Counted from the stretch's first letter, positions 34,356-43,974 are shown. The stretch: 48,097 bases of DNA from a virus (IMGVR_UViG_3300025723_000004:1-48097), one strand, 5' to 3'. Numbers and translations are program-made. Notes: generated from the letters alone by a model not told the origin.

Positions 34356-37300
34356 CTATTCCTTTACCGACCGACGTATGTAGTCATTCCAATTGCCATC
34401 CGCTTTAAAAATAACCGTAGGGGGCTTTTGCTTTTCTACCAGTTTCGTTAAAAGCCTGTTGTTTTGCTTCAATGCCCCGTTAATTTGTTTTAACTCGGTG
34501 TTGTCGTGTTTTTCAACAGTAAAATGGTCGGCCATGGAACGCACAAGGGCAATATTCATCAGGTCGTTGATGGTATTTTCGTTGATAGGGGTAACTTTTG
34601 AACCTGCTGCCAAATCGGGCAACAACATGGCTTTATCCGCTATGAACGTGCCACCCGGCGTTTGTACCAGTTCTTTAAACTGCCCTTCGCCCACAATAGC
34701 AGGGCCGCCCGGGTGAAAGTCGGTACCATCGGCATATTGTGGGATGGGTTTGGCTGCCACAGCTGCAATTTGCGCCGCTCCAATAGCTGCATTAATCGCC
34801 ACAAAAGGCATACCCCCCGTTAATGGAAATTGCGCTACTGCCCCGGCAATAGCTTCGGCTGTGTGTACAGCAATGGAAAGGATGGCCGCCGCCTTATCAA
34901 ATTTGGCCTTTTTAATATCTTCCTCTTTGGCCTGTTTTTGCAAAGCCGCTTTTTGCTCGGCGGCTTGTTTTTCAGTAATCAGCAGGGCGGAACGTTTTTG
35001 TTGTTCGTTTAAAGTGCTACTATTAATGGCGGACAATTCGGCCTCCCTGCGCCGGTCAATCAATGCTATTTCCGCTTCAATCCTTGCTTTTTTACGTTCA
35101 AAAGCACTGTCTTCAATGCTGATAATCGCCGTCATGGCTTCTTTAGAAGCTTCCACCTCTTTAGCCCTTACTCCTTTGGTTATATCTTCGGGCTTGCCTA
35201 AGTTGGCCTTTTGGTTTTGCAGCTCGGCCACTTGTTTTTGCATGGCAGCGGTTAAAGCAGGGTTTAAACTACCCATGGCATCAATCTGCTTGTTAATGCT
35301 GGCAATGGTGGCATCTATAGCCTCTACGGCATATTTCTTTTGAATGTCTTTTAACCGTTTTTCATAGACCTCTTTGCTAATGGCCCCCTTATTGTACGCT
35401 TGTGTAAGGGCTGTTTGCTCTTCCAAACTACGCTGTTGGACAGTGTCAACGGCAATCTGCCCGTTTTCTTTATCTTTGGCCAACTCGGATTTTTTGCGCT
35501 CATCACGCTTTTTAATCATGTCCTCGGCAATTTTGGCACTATCCTCGGCCTGTTTTTTTAAACCTGCTTGGTATTGCTCATTCGCCTTGTCCTGTAGGCC
35601 TGTAATCGTTTTATTGCGCTCTTGGTCAATTTCCGTAAGCTTGGTGACCGTGGCCACATGCACGGCCTGAGCTGCTTTCCCTTTCAGTTCACCAGTTTTA
35701 ATTTCTTGTGCCGCTTCATCCTGGGCCAGTTTCTTTTGCAGGTTGAAAAACGTGCTGTAAGCTTCGCTACGTTCTTGCAAGCTTAACCGTTCATTTTCGG
35801 CGATGGCTTTTGCTTGCTGGATAGCTTGCTCGGTCAATGCTTTTTGTAAATCAAAGGCGGAGGTGTCGGTTTTTTTATCGCCCTTGCCACTGTCTCCAGC
35901 AAAATCAAATTTATTAGCCTTGGCCAGCGTGGCGGCATCTTCCATCAATTTATTAGCAGCGGCCTCAAATTTCTTTTGCAAATCAGTATCCTTTTTTGCC
36001 CTATCCGCTGCATCTGCAAGGCCTTCTTTAACAGCATCTCCCATGGCTTTTTTATCTCCAAAACCGTATTTAATACCGGCCCATGACTTTTCCCAATAAG
36101 AGGCTTCTTTATCTTGGCTATCAACTACCGCTTTGGCTGCCAGCTCACCGGCTTTTGCATATAAGCCCATGGCCTCGGCTTTCAGCATGGTAAACTTTAT
36201 ATAATTCTCCGCTTGGTCGGCTGTCTTTTTTTCCGCTTCGTTCAAATCTTTTGCATAACCAATGGTTTTGCCGATGGTGTCATTGTAATGCTCGAGCGTC
36301 TCTTTTTTATCCAATACCCCAGCATTAGCCAACTTAAACTCTTCTTTCATTTGGTCAACTTGCGCCACCGCTTCGCCCATTTTATCAGTGGCACTTTTTA
36401 CGGCCTCGTTGTACATTTTCATTGCCTCGGCATCATCTTCAATGGCCTTGCCGTTGTCTTTTGCATTTTCGGATGACTTACTAAACGCACTGGCCAGCAT
36501 TGGCAGTAAAACAAGAATAGCACCAATGCCCGTAGCCATCAGCGCAAAGCGCAACGCCACCATAGCGCCGCTTAGTGCCGTTGTTGCTACGGTTGCCTCA
36601 CCTTCTGCCACTGCGCCTGCCTCTGTAGCGGCTGTGTTTGTTGCCTGCGCCGTGGTTCCTTCGCCTAACACAAAGTTTTTAATACGTTGGGCCGCCGCAC
36701 TTGCAACGGTAGCTATTGCGCCCTTTTTTTGCCATAATTCATTCAATTCATTTAAGCCCTGCATTACCATCATTACGGCAATCAAGCTATTTAACCGCTT
36801 TTGCACCTTTTCATCACCATCTGCAAACATGGAAGCAGCACCTGCGCCCACAGCATACGCCCCGGCCAACCCTTTGGCGGCCACCGTGGCAGCTTGTAAC
36901 GCTGGGGCCGTGGCTTCCATTAGCTTTTGGTTTTCCTTAAAACGAGTTAGCTCCCTTGCCGCATTGGCGGCCTGTGCCTGTAATTCCCTAAACATGGCGG
37001 TATCCTGTTGCCCGGTGGATGCCAATGTTTGTAAAGCCCGCTCAGTATTACGCAATTCCATGGACAAAGAAGCAAAACCGTTTACTTGGCTTTCTACCAG
37101 TGTGGTCAGCATGCCAATTTCTTGCGATAGCCTTTGCGCCTGTGCGCTTTCGCCTTGGCCGGCCTGCCGCAATTCTTCCAGCTTGGCCACGTTTTCACTC
37201 AATCCTTTTTGCAGCACCGTCAACGCTTGGGTAAAGTTGCGCACCCCCTCGGTAGGGTAATTACCTACATTGCCCTGTGAATTACCAATGGATTTATTAT

Positions 37301-37979
37301 GTGCCAATACTTGCTCATGCAGTGCACCTGTGTCGGCCTGTAACTGTTGGCCCATTGGGCTTGCCCGTTGTTCTGCACTTAATGCTTTATAAGCCTTGCG
37401 CATCTGCTCTAACCGCTGGGTCATTTCATCAATAGAACCTTCGGCGGCTAATATCTCTTTGTTTTGGCTCCTAAAAACAGAGGTTATTTGCGATATTTCG
37501 GTTTTAAGCAGCTCATTTTTACGGGTGAGGACACTCACGCGCTCATTGTAGGTGTCAAAGTCAATACTACCCTGTTTAAGATCTGCGCTATACTCTTTCA
37601 TGTACCGGCTTATCTCTTGCTGCCGGAGCTTCAAGTCTACCAACCGGGCTGCATTTTCCTGTATGCTGCGGGTATTGTCTTTATAAGCCGCTGATATTTC
37701 CCTGTTGGCGGTTAATGCCTCCTGTACAGCTTCCGTGGTGGCCGTATAGGCAGCGTCTGAGCTTTCCATGGCTTTTTTTACATTGGCTGCGGCCTCGGCG
37801 GTTTTGGCCGATTCTGCACGGAAAGCGGCCATCCCTTCCGTCATATTCTTAAACCCTTCCCCATTGCCCATGTTCATAATGGACTCTCTTAGCTTGTCCA
37901 GCCATTCGGTAAGGTTATCAAATTCTTTTTTTACCGCTGCGGTATCAATGATGCTATCTATCCGTTCTGTGTTTGGCAT
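34356..37979 (-). CDS. Tape measure protein
   Basis: 1207 aa, Ala/Lys/Glu-rich helical, hydrophobic segments, C-terminal YADGT..HPGGPAIVGE; tail-module position. Confidence 0.88.
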   Translation of the reverse strand: MPNTERIDSIIDTAAVKKEFDNLTEWLDKLRESIMNMGNGEGFKNMTEGMAAFRAESAKTAEAAANVKKAMESSDAAYTATTEAVQEALTANREISAAYKDNTRSIQENAARLVDLKLRQQEISRYMKEYSADLKQGSIDFDTYNERVSVLTRKNELLKTEISQITSVFRSQNKEILAAEGSIDEMTQRLEQMRKAYKALSAEQRASPMGQQLQADTGALHEQVLAHNKSIGNSQGNVGNYPTEGVRNFTQALTVLQKGLSENVAKLEELRQAGQGESAQAQRLSQEIGMLTTLVESQVNGFASLSMELRNTERALQTLASTGQQDTAMFRELQAQAANAARELTRFKENQKLMEATAPALQAATVAAKGLAGAYAVGAGAASMFADGDEKVQKRLNSLIAVMMVMQGLNELNELWQKKGAIATVASAAAQRIKNFVLGEGTTAQATNTAATEAGAVAEGEATVATTALSGAMVALRFALMATGIGAILVLLPMLASAFSKSSENAKDNGKAIEDDAEAMKMYNEAVKSATDKMGEAVAQVDQMKEEFKLANAGVLDKKETLEHYNDTIGKTIGYAKDLNEAEKKTADQAENYIKFTMLKAEAMGLYAKAGELAAKAVVDSQDKEASYWEKSWAGIKYGFGDKKAMGDAVKEGLADAADRAKKDTDLQKKFEAAANKLMEDAATLAKANKFDFAGDSGKGDKKTDTSAFDLQKALTEQAIQQAKAIAENERLSLQERSEAYSTFFNLQKKLAQDEAAQEIKTGELKGKAAQAVHVATVTKLTEIDQERNKTITGLQDKANEQYQAGLKKQAEDSAKIAEDMIKKRDERKKSELAKDKENGQIAVDTVQQRSLEEQTALTQAYNKGAISKEVYEKRLKDIQKKYAVEAIDATIASINKQIDAMGSLNPALTAAMQKQVAELQNQKANLGKPEDITKGVRAKEVEASKEAMTAIISIEDSAFERKKARIEAEIALIDRRREAELSAINSSTLNEQQKRSALLITEKQAAEQKAALQKQAKEEDIKKAKFDKAAAILSIAVHTAEAIAGAVAQFPLTGGMPFVAINAAIGAAQIAAVAAKPIPQYADGTDFHPGGPAIVGEGQFKELVQTPGGTFIADKAMLLPDLAAGSKVTPINENTINDLMNIALVRSMADHFTVEKHDNTELKQINGALKQNNRLLTKLVEKQKPPTVIFKADGNWNDYIRRSVKE

Positions 37980-37980
37980 C

Positions 37981-38682
37981 TTACTTTTGGTTTAACTGTT
38001 TTTCTAAAGAGGCACTATGACGCTGGTAATTTTTAACAATGGATACGAAGCGGCTTACCGTTACCACATGGGTATTTATATGCATTTTGGCGTATAATTC
38101 AATCGACACAATAAAATCATCAAAGTATTGCCTGGTTATCGTAACGCCCGTTTCATTACCCCTTAGCTTTTCCAAATCGGCGGTGTCGCGTTCTTGCTGC
38201 AGCATCCAGCGTTTAATTTTAGCCTCGGCTTTCCCCAACCATATTTTTTGTAATTCAGGCGTGTCGGGGTAATTGGTATCTATGGCTCCCAGCCCGCGTA
38301 ACAGGTTATACACTTCCGGCCCTTGGCGGTAGCTGGTATATTTTTGGATGGCCGCCAGCTTTTTTAACTTAAAATCAGCCAAAGCAATTTTTTTTACCAA
38401 ACGCACGATTTCTTTTTGGGTATCGCTGCCCGTACCGTCTATGTATTGCTCATAAATGTCATGCCATGCAGCGGATAACTCCTCAACCGTAAATGTTCCC
38501 CTAATCACCAAACCGCTATAATCATTATCACACAAGCAGGTAATAAATGCATGCAGGCTAAGGCTGAAAAAAGTATGTAATAACCTCGGCAATGGTGTAG
38601 CCTCTTGTGATGGCGGTGGTAAAGGCGCACCGGAAATATCCCGTGTCCGCTTTACAAATGGCCAATATCTTTTTTTGCTCAT
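37981..38682 (-). CDS. Hypothetical protein, tail assembly chaperone position
   Basis: Directly upstream of the tape measure gene; start uncertain. Confidence 0.55.
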   Translation of the reverse strand: MSKKRYWPFVKRTRDISGAPLPPPSQEATPLPRLLHTFFSLSLHAFITCLCDNDYSGLVIRGTFTVEELSAAWHDIYEQYIDGTGSDTQKEIVRLVKKIALADFKLKKLAAIQKYTSYRQGPEVYNLLRGLGAIDTNYPDTPELQKIWLGKAEAKIKRWMLQQERDTADLEKLRGNETGVTITRQYFDDFIVSIELYAKMHINTHVVTVSRFVSIVKNYQRHSASLEKQLNQK

Positions 38683-38767
38683 ACGCTGATTTTATGGTGA
38701 TGGCTTTTAACTTGGTGTAATCGCGTTGTTTGGCCTGTGCCCGCGCTATGCAGCCCCAGCATTCCAT
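38558..38767 (-). CDS. Small hypothetical protein overlapping the next ORF
   Basis: ATG immediately after the upstream TAA; MECWGC. Confidence 0.4.
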   Translation of the reverse strand: MECWGCIARAQAKQRDYTKLKAITIKSAYEQKKILAICKADTGYFRCAFTTAITRGYTIAEVITYFFQP

Positions 38768-39217
38768 TTAATTAAAGGTTAATAGTGTTTTTGCTTCAAT
38801 GGTTTCTTTCAGCTTTGGGAAAAAGGCGTTTTCTATATATACCCCCCTGTGGTCATCATTCAATCCGAAAATAACAGAGCCATATTGTTGCTCTAATTTG
38901 GGGGCATAATCCACACCGTCGGCCCCTGTTTCAATTTCGTCTTTAGTGACGTTGCTTTGTATGGACCGGTAAAAATTGCCCGTTAGCTTTAAGTCAGGCA
39001 CCCCAAAACCCGGGCGGCTGTTTAATTCGTGTTTGTAATTGGCATACAGCTCGTTTCTGTAAGCCCCAATTTCTTCGCCTTTGCTGTTTTTACCCTCAAA
39101 TAGTTGTTGTTGCTGCTGGTCTTGGTAATCCGGCAGGGTGTTTTGAATGGCATCGTGGATGTCATTTTCAACATTAACCGCTTGTAACCGCTTAAGCATT
39201 GCCGCAACTGTAGTCAT
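38768..39217 (-). CDS. Neck/tail completion protein (virion morphogenesis-like)
   Basis: DLKLTGNFYRSI...LEQQYG..IFGL; position in the tail module. Confidence 0.6.
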   Translation of the reverse strand: MTTVAAMLKRLQAVNVENDIHDAIQNTLPDYQDQQQQQLFEGKNSKGEEIGAYRNELYANYKHELNSRPGFGVPDLKLTGNFYRSIQSNVTKDEIETGADGVDYAPKLEQQYGSVIFGLNDDHRGVYIENAFFPKLKETIEAKTLLTFN

Positions 39218-39220
39218 ATA

Positions 39221-39252
39221 AAACAAAGGCGGTGGTTAGCCGCCTTTTGTTT
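39221..39252 (-). terminator. Terminator/attenuator hairpin after the tail tube operon
   Basis: AAACAAAAGGCGG-CTAACCA-CCGCCTTTGTTT. Confidence 0.55.
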
Positions 39253-39436
39253 ATTGGGTTAAAGAAATAGGTTTTGAAATCGCCTCGCAGGTATCATACA
39301 CCAGCCCCAGCGCAGCTTCTTTGTCGGAGGCATTGCAGATGGCTTTTGCCTGCGGGCAGGTGGTAAACTCCTCGCGCTCCATGGACACCACCCATTCAAT
39401 TAACCAGTCGGTGCCGTCTATTTTTATTGTTTTCAT
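39251..39436 (-). CDS. Small hypothetical protein after the tail tube gene
   Basis: ATG start, 61 aa, operon spacing. Confidence 0.55.
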   Translation of the reverse strand: MKTIKIDGTDWLIEWVVSMEREEFTTCPQAKAICNASDKEAALGLVYDTCEAISKPISLTQ

Positions 39437-39445
39437 ACAATGTTA

Positions 39446-40399
39446 TTAGCTGGCAACGATGGAAACTAAACCAGTGCTTTCGTAAGGAGATACGTTTAGG
39501 GCAGCCAACTCGGTAGGGCCTACCAGGTTAATATCAACGTGGCCGGTGCCTACTGTTGGGTAGTTTGTTGCACCTACAACGATGTTAAACCCGCCGCTTA
39601 CGCTGTCTTGTGTTACGCCGGTAATGGTTAAGCTGGCACCTGTCTCATGGTTTTTTGCAGTCCATGCACCTACGGCCGCCAATTGTGTACCATATAGCGA
39701 ACTCATTAATGTACCCTCGTTGGTAGTGGGTATCACAGTAAAGGTTTTAGCGGTGGCGTTGGTTTTGCTGGCCAATACCACGTTCTGAATACCTTCCAGT
39801 GTGTCTACCACGTCAAAGCCTGGGTTTTTAATGTACGCGCCGTTATCCATTAGGTTAATGGGGTAAAATACAATACTGGTCCAGTATTCGGTATTCTTTT
39901 TACCGTCATTAATCATGAAAGGGTCGGTATACAGCTCAATCAATGGAATGCCGGCAATGCCTGCACCATCAGAAGCGGTGTAGTTGCTGCCCCAAAGCTG
40001 GTTGTTGCCATCCACAAACAATACAGACCAGTTGCCGCCGTTGAATGAGCGCAATGACTTAAGCAACTCATAGCCGCCCACATTGAAACGGAACGACCAT
40101 TTGTAAACAGGGTCACGTACGGTCTTCTGTCCGCCGTAGCTGAATTGCTCTACTACCCTTTTTTCGCTGTCGTCTTTGAAATCAACGAACGGGCCTACAG
40201 GGTAAATGCGAAGGCCTTTGCTGTCATTCAGTGCATCAGCATTCAGCTTTGTTTGCAAAGTCGCCGCCTGGGTGGCAGTGATAAAATAGTTAGGCGGGCA
40301 TATAATCATGCCCACAATGTTTTTTATGTCCGCATAGCAAGCCCCCACACCAGTGTTAGCCGGTGCCACAAGGCATTGAAGCGTGTTTACTGAAGCCAT
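39446..40399 (-). CDS. Major tail (tube) protein, putative
   Basis: 317 aa beta-rich with a C-terminal Ig-like extension; synteny. Confidence 0.65.
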   Translation of the reverse strand: MASVNTLQCLVAPANTGVGACYADIKNIVGMIICPPNYFITATQAATLQTKLNADALNDSKGLRIYPVGPFVDFKDDSEKRVVEQFSYGGQKTVRDPVYKWSFRFNVGGYELLKSLRSFNGGNWSVLFVDGNNQLWGSNYTASDGAGIAGIPLIELYTDPFMINDGKKNTEYWTSIVFYPINLMDNGAYIKNPGFDVVDTLEGIQNVVLASKTNATAKTFTVIPTTNEGTLMSSLYGTQLAAVGAWTAKNHETGASLTITGVTQDSVSGGFNIVVGATNYPTVGTGHVDINLVGPTELAALNVSPYESTGLVSIVAS

Positions 40400-40426
40400 G
40401 GTAAATAGTTTTTTTGATGTTAAAAA

Positions 40427-40984
40427 TTAGCACGCAGGGTTTACCTGCGGCTGGTATAGTAAAGAAAAATTGATACGGAAACAATGGAAGCCCTGCATAT
40501 CGCGGTATTTTACGCCGCTGGCTTTTTTCCAACCAGAATACTCTTTAAACACTTCTTCAATGCCCTGCACATACCCGGTCATAGTAAACCCATACTTAAT
40601 ATAAAACAGCAGGCTTTCAACGTCTGCCCGGGCTTCTTCGTCGGCACGGGTAGTAAAAGTTGGTTTTATGCGGTTTAGGTTTACCATAAACACAACAAAC
40701 ACTTTGGCTGTAGAGTCGCCCGCCTTATAAGGCGTTACATCATCCACGCCAAAAAACGAAAGCGCCGCCAACGTATCATCAAAATACACCTCTCTGTAAT
40801 CAGTAATAGAAGTAAACACTTCCGGCGTAAAACCGTCCGCCGTTTGGTTACGGTATGCTCTCCCAAATTGCTGATACGAGCTGGACGAGGTTCCCCATTT
40901 TGCGGATAGCTTGTTATACAGGTATGTTTGCATACTCTGTATTGGTATATCAATACCCGCCGGAAGTGTTTTAATGTTATTCAT
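40427..40984 (-). CDS. Head-tail joining/tail terminator-like protein
   Basis: Synteny; C-terminal FHCFRINFSLLY strand. Confidence 0.5.
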   Translation of the reverse strand: MNNIKTLPAGIDIPIQSMQTYLYNKLSAKWGTSSSSYQQFGRAYRNQTADGFTPEVFTSITDYREVYFDDTLAALSFFGVDDVTPYKAGDSTAKVFVVFMVNLNRIKPTFTTRADEEARADVESLLFYIKYGFTMTGYVQGIEEVFKEYSGWKKASGVKYRDMQGFHCFRINFSLLYQPQVNPAC

Positions 40985-40985
40985 A

Positions 40986-42134
40986 CTAATAACTGAAAGC
41001 GTCAATGATAGGCGGCGGTGTGCCGTATATGTTTACTTGGTCTGTGTCGTGCGAAATGGAAACAGGCTTTTTGCGTGGGAATAACTCGTTTTTTACCCGG
41101 GTGGCTTCCTTGGCAATACGCTCTTTCAACCCCGCACTGAATGGGTGCTGCTCCGTAGATTGCGCCGTGTTTAAGTCGCTGTATAACACCTTGGTCTGCT
41201 CCGCCATAATACGTTGGTCTTTGTTGGTGCGCGTATTGTTTTGCAGCATCTCAATAACATCAGCGGCCATTTGCAGGCCTATAAGGTTATCAAATAACCA
41301 GGCATTATCTACTATCAACTGTGTGTAGTCTCTAAAAGCCGTCATTTGGATGTTAAAGCCATGGGTTTTAATGGTAAAGGATACATTGTTTACATCAATC
41401 CCGTGGCCGCTTACCGTTGGCAGCTCTATAGGCACTAATCCAAAGTTGTAGCAGGTGTTAAAGTTTTGGATTATCTCATTGATGGCAACCGCGCTGCCTA
41501 AATCATTTTGAAAGTACCCAAAGTAATAACAGCCCGATTTATTACTGTTGCCTGCATAACTTAACATCTGCCCAATATTCACTACCGTTTGCTGATTAGC
41601 CAATGCAGATACCGGAATGGTAGCGATAGGCGTAGTCGGCGCGGTGTCGTGAAATAAATACAGGTTAAACGTTACATTGGCATTGAACTTTAGGGCCACG
41701 TTATCAATTTGGCAGGTAACATCAAAATGTTTAGACGGCGTGATGCGCACACCGCAAAAAACACCGGTGTTGAGGTTTAAATAATCTTGGCGGCCAAACC
41801 TTTCAAACATGAGCTTTTTTTCCAGCATCTCTTTTTTATTGATGACACCGGAAAGACATTTTAAAATAACATCCGTTTGCAGGTTTTGCAAATAGGTATT
41901 AAAGTTGGCCGCACCGATATTACTATCCTCCTGAGAAATCCAAATGTTGTACACATTAACCGCCTTATGGATGGCTTCAAATACAGGCGAATAGGTATCG
42001 CCACCGGGCCATACATTGTTACCCGTAAGGGTAAAAGGAAAGTCGGAGCGGGTAGGCTGCCGCCAACGCCGCCTGTTCATCAGTGCGGCCATAACATCGG
42101 CTACCCGGTACCCATTGCTGTAGATGATTGCCAT
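40986..42134 (-). CDS. Virion structural protein (head-tail connector-like)
   Basis: Position after the capsid genes. Confidence 0.5.
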   Translation of the reverse strand: MAIIYSNGYRVADVMAALMNRRRWRQPTRSDFPFTLTGNNVWPGGDTYSPVFEAIHKAVNVYNIWISQEDSNIGAANFNTYLQNLQTDVILKCLSGVINKKEMLEKKLMFERFGRQDYLNLNTGVFCGVRITPSKHFDVTCQIDNVALKFNANVTFNLYLFHDTAPTTPIATIPVSALANQQTVVNIGQMLSYAGNSNKSGCYYFGYFQNDLGSAVAINEIIQNFNTCYNFGLVPIELPTVSGHGIDVNNVSFTIKTHGFNIQMTAFRDYTQLIVDNAWLFDNLIGLQMAADVIEMLQNNTRTNKDQRIMAEQTKVLYSDLNTAQSTEQHPFSAGLKERIAKEATRVKNELFPRKKPVSISHDTDQVNIYGTPPPIIDAFSY

Positions 42135-42135
42135 A

Positions 42136-42603
42136 TTATCGGTTATAAGGGCTTATGTAATACCTTGCGGTGTACGAAAATTGCACGGGCGCGCTTACCG
42201 TGCCTGAACTAACCGCCTGCACCAAGTAATACACAAACGGCACCGTATTTTTGGTAAACTGCGCCACGTTGGTATAAGTAGGCGTTATCGGCCCCAAATA
42301 ATATTGCGTGCTGGTAATGGTAGGGGTGCTTACATACGCTGCGGAGTCGGTCAAAGCATAGTTGACACCGTCGGTAGAGCTGTATAAGTAAGCCTTGCCC
42401 GCCAATGTGCCGGAAAGCTTGTTTACGCTTACCTGAATACCCAAAGCAGAATAGCCGGAAGTTGCTGGTATTACCCTGCTTACTGTATCGGCATTGGTGA
42501 GGGTATCACCCGCTTGCAACGGGAATTTGTACGCATAACCCGATTGCGCATGGCTGATACAAACAGAGGCTACCAAAGAAAGAATGAATAAAAGCTTTTT
42601 CAT
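42136..42603 (-). CDS. Signal-peptide-bearing beta protein directly after the major capsid gene
   Basis: MKKLLFILSLVASVCISHA-Q; beta-sandwich-like mature part. Confidence 0.65.
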   Translation of the reverse strand: MKKLLFILSLVASVCISHAQSGYAYKFPLQAGDTLTNADTVSRVIPATSGYSALGIQVSVNKLSGTLAGKAYLYSSTDGVNYALTDSAAYVSTPTITSTQYYLGPITPTYTNVAQFTKNTVPFVYYLVQAVSSGTVSAPVQFSYTARYYISPYNR

Positions 42604-42671
42604 TGTTTGTTAAAATATGGGGCTGTTTAGGCCCCTTGTTATAAAATGGTTTTTACTGTGTTACCTACAAA

Positions 42672-43721
42672 TTAAGACTGTGATTGTCCAAATTCATAGA
42701 TAGGTGTTTCACCGCTTACGCTGATAGGGGCAGTGTTAAAGGCAATATCCACAGACAATTCTAAGTCCATGTGAATATCTTGCACGGTACCGCCAGCGGC
42801 TGAGGTGTCTTGTTTTTGCGCCCAACCACGAACGGCATAAGTGAGGCCAATACCTGAGGCATCAGGCACTATGCCAAATCCACCGTTGTAGCTTTCGTAG
42901 TCTCCGAAGCCGTCCCTGTTGATTTTTGGTATCCATGGGATAACAGCAAAAGAGGCCTGTGGCAGCACGATGGCGCAACCATTAGGGTAAGCCTCGGCAA
43001 CTTCATTACCCAATACCTCATGCTCCATAATCCCGTTAGGGTTGTAACTTTGGAATTGGTAAGCCAAGTTTTGGGCATTGCCGTTGCCTTGGTACATGTC
43101 AAACTGCGCCTGCTTGAAAATGCGAGGGTCGGCCACTACGTCCAATTTGTCGTAGTATTTGTTTTGGCGCATTACGCTTGCCGCATTTTGGAAGAAGAAA
43201 TTTAACTGGTCGGCGGAGTTTTCAAAAGCAAAAGTGGTACCATTCCACAAGGCGTTTCTTGCAGCGGTTGTGTAAGGGGCTGTTTGTGTACGGTTATTAT
43301 GCAGCTGCTGCACAATGTAGGTACCAATACGCTCACGCAATATCCTTTGCTTGTCCATTATCATGTGGTCCAGCAAAGTCATGGTGTCAAACACGTTGTC
43401 CATGCCTACCTGCATGTTAATACCCAAAGGCTCGCTGAAGGTTACCCACGAAAGGCTTATCTGCCCTGAGTCGCCTTGTACGCCTGAAGGTGCATAACTA
43501 CGTGCCGTGCCATTGGTGGCGGCTGTCTTTTTAAGGTAGTACGTGTAAACACTCCTTTTGTCGGATTGTTTTATTTGCTCTACGTTAGCCAGTATGTAAT
43601 CACTGTACGTAAGAGCTTGGCGCAAAATGGGGTTTTGAAGCTCCCTCAATTCCGCTGCGTTGTATTTTCTGTTAATTTTTGACTGAAAGGCCAATAGGGC
43701 CGATGCGACGAAATTTGCCAC
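42672..43721 (-). CDS. Major capsid protein
   Basis: 349 aa after the scaffold gene; own promoter and leader; downstream hairpin at 42619..42635. Confidence 0.75.
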   Translation of the reverse strand: MANFVASALLAFQSKINRKYNAAELRELQNPILRQALTYSDYILANVEQIKQSDKRSVYTYYLKKTAATNGTARSYAPSGVQGDSGQISLSWVTFSEPLGINMQVGMDNVFDTMTLLDHMIMDKQRILRERIGTYIVQQLHNNRTQTAPYTTAARNALWNGTTFAFENSADQLNFFFQNAASVMRQNKYYDKLDVVADPRIFKQAQFDMYQGNGNAQNLAYQFQSYNPNGIMEHEVLGNEVAEAYPNGCAIVLPQASFAVIPWIPKINRDGFGDYESYNGGFGIVPDASGIGLTYAVRGWAQKQDTSAAGGTVQDIHMDLELSVDIAFNTAPISVSGETPIYEFGQSQS

Positions 43722-43855
43722 TGTGTTTAGATTTACACAAGTGAACTAAGCAACCTGCTTATAATGCTGTGGGTAACCTACCCGTCAAATTTTGGGACAC
43801 CGTCCCGGTGGATTGTGAGGCACCGCCCCGTTGGATTTGAAAAGCACCGCCTTTC
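43719..43855 (-). ncRNA. Structured 5' leader: five GGU-loop hairpins at 23-24 nt period plus a start-codon hairpin
   Basis: GAAAGGC-GGT-GCTTTTC, GGGGC-GGT-GCCTC, GGGAC-GGT-GTCCC, GGGTA-GGT-TACCC, TAAGCA-GGT-TGCTTA. Confidence 0.75.
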
Positions 43856-43868
43856 GGGGATAAAAGTA

Positions 43869-43885
43869 GTAAATATTTTATTTAC
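43869..43885. promoter_or_regulatory. Late-gene palindromic box, copy 4 (GTAAATA-TTT-TATTTAC)
   Basis: Perfect arms, between the terminator and the capsid leader. Confidence 0.75.
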
Positions 43886-43898
43886 CAAAATAATTTAA

Positions 43899-43928
43899 TA
43901 AAAAGCCCCCTGTAAAAACAAGGGGCTT
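43899..43928 (-). terminator. Intrinsic terminator after the portal-scaffold operon
   Basis: AAGCCCCTTG-TTTTTA-CAGGGGGCTT followed by TTT. Confidence 0.7.
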
Positions 43929-43974
43929 GGCCATAAGCAACATGCACAAGAAAAAAGAAGGTTATATTCCGGAA

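Noticed and set aside
38667-38676. Tail-chaperone -1 frameshift at A-AAA-AAG
   Set aside because: A -1 shift from the 69-aa frame reaches TAA within a few codons; the 233-aa ORF is in the +1 frame.
40401-40418. Sixth late box before the tail tube gene (GTAAATA)
   Set aside because: Only one arm is present; expected by chance in AT-rich sequence.
43747-43855. Lambda-like DNA operators (CACCGC cores, 23-24 bp spacing) or a CRISPR array
   Set aside because: Arm sequences differ between units while pairing is kept with strand-specific G-U pairs, which fits RNA hairpins better. Not formally excluded.
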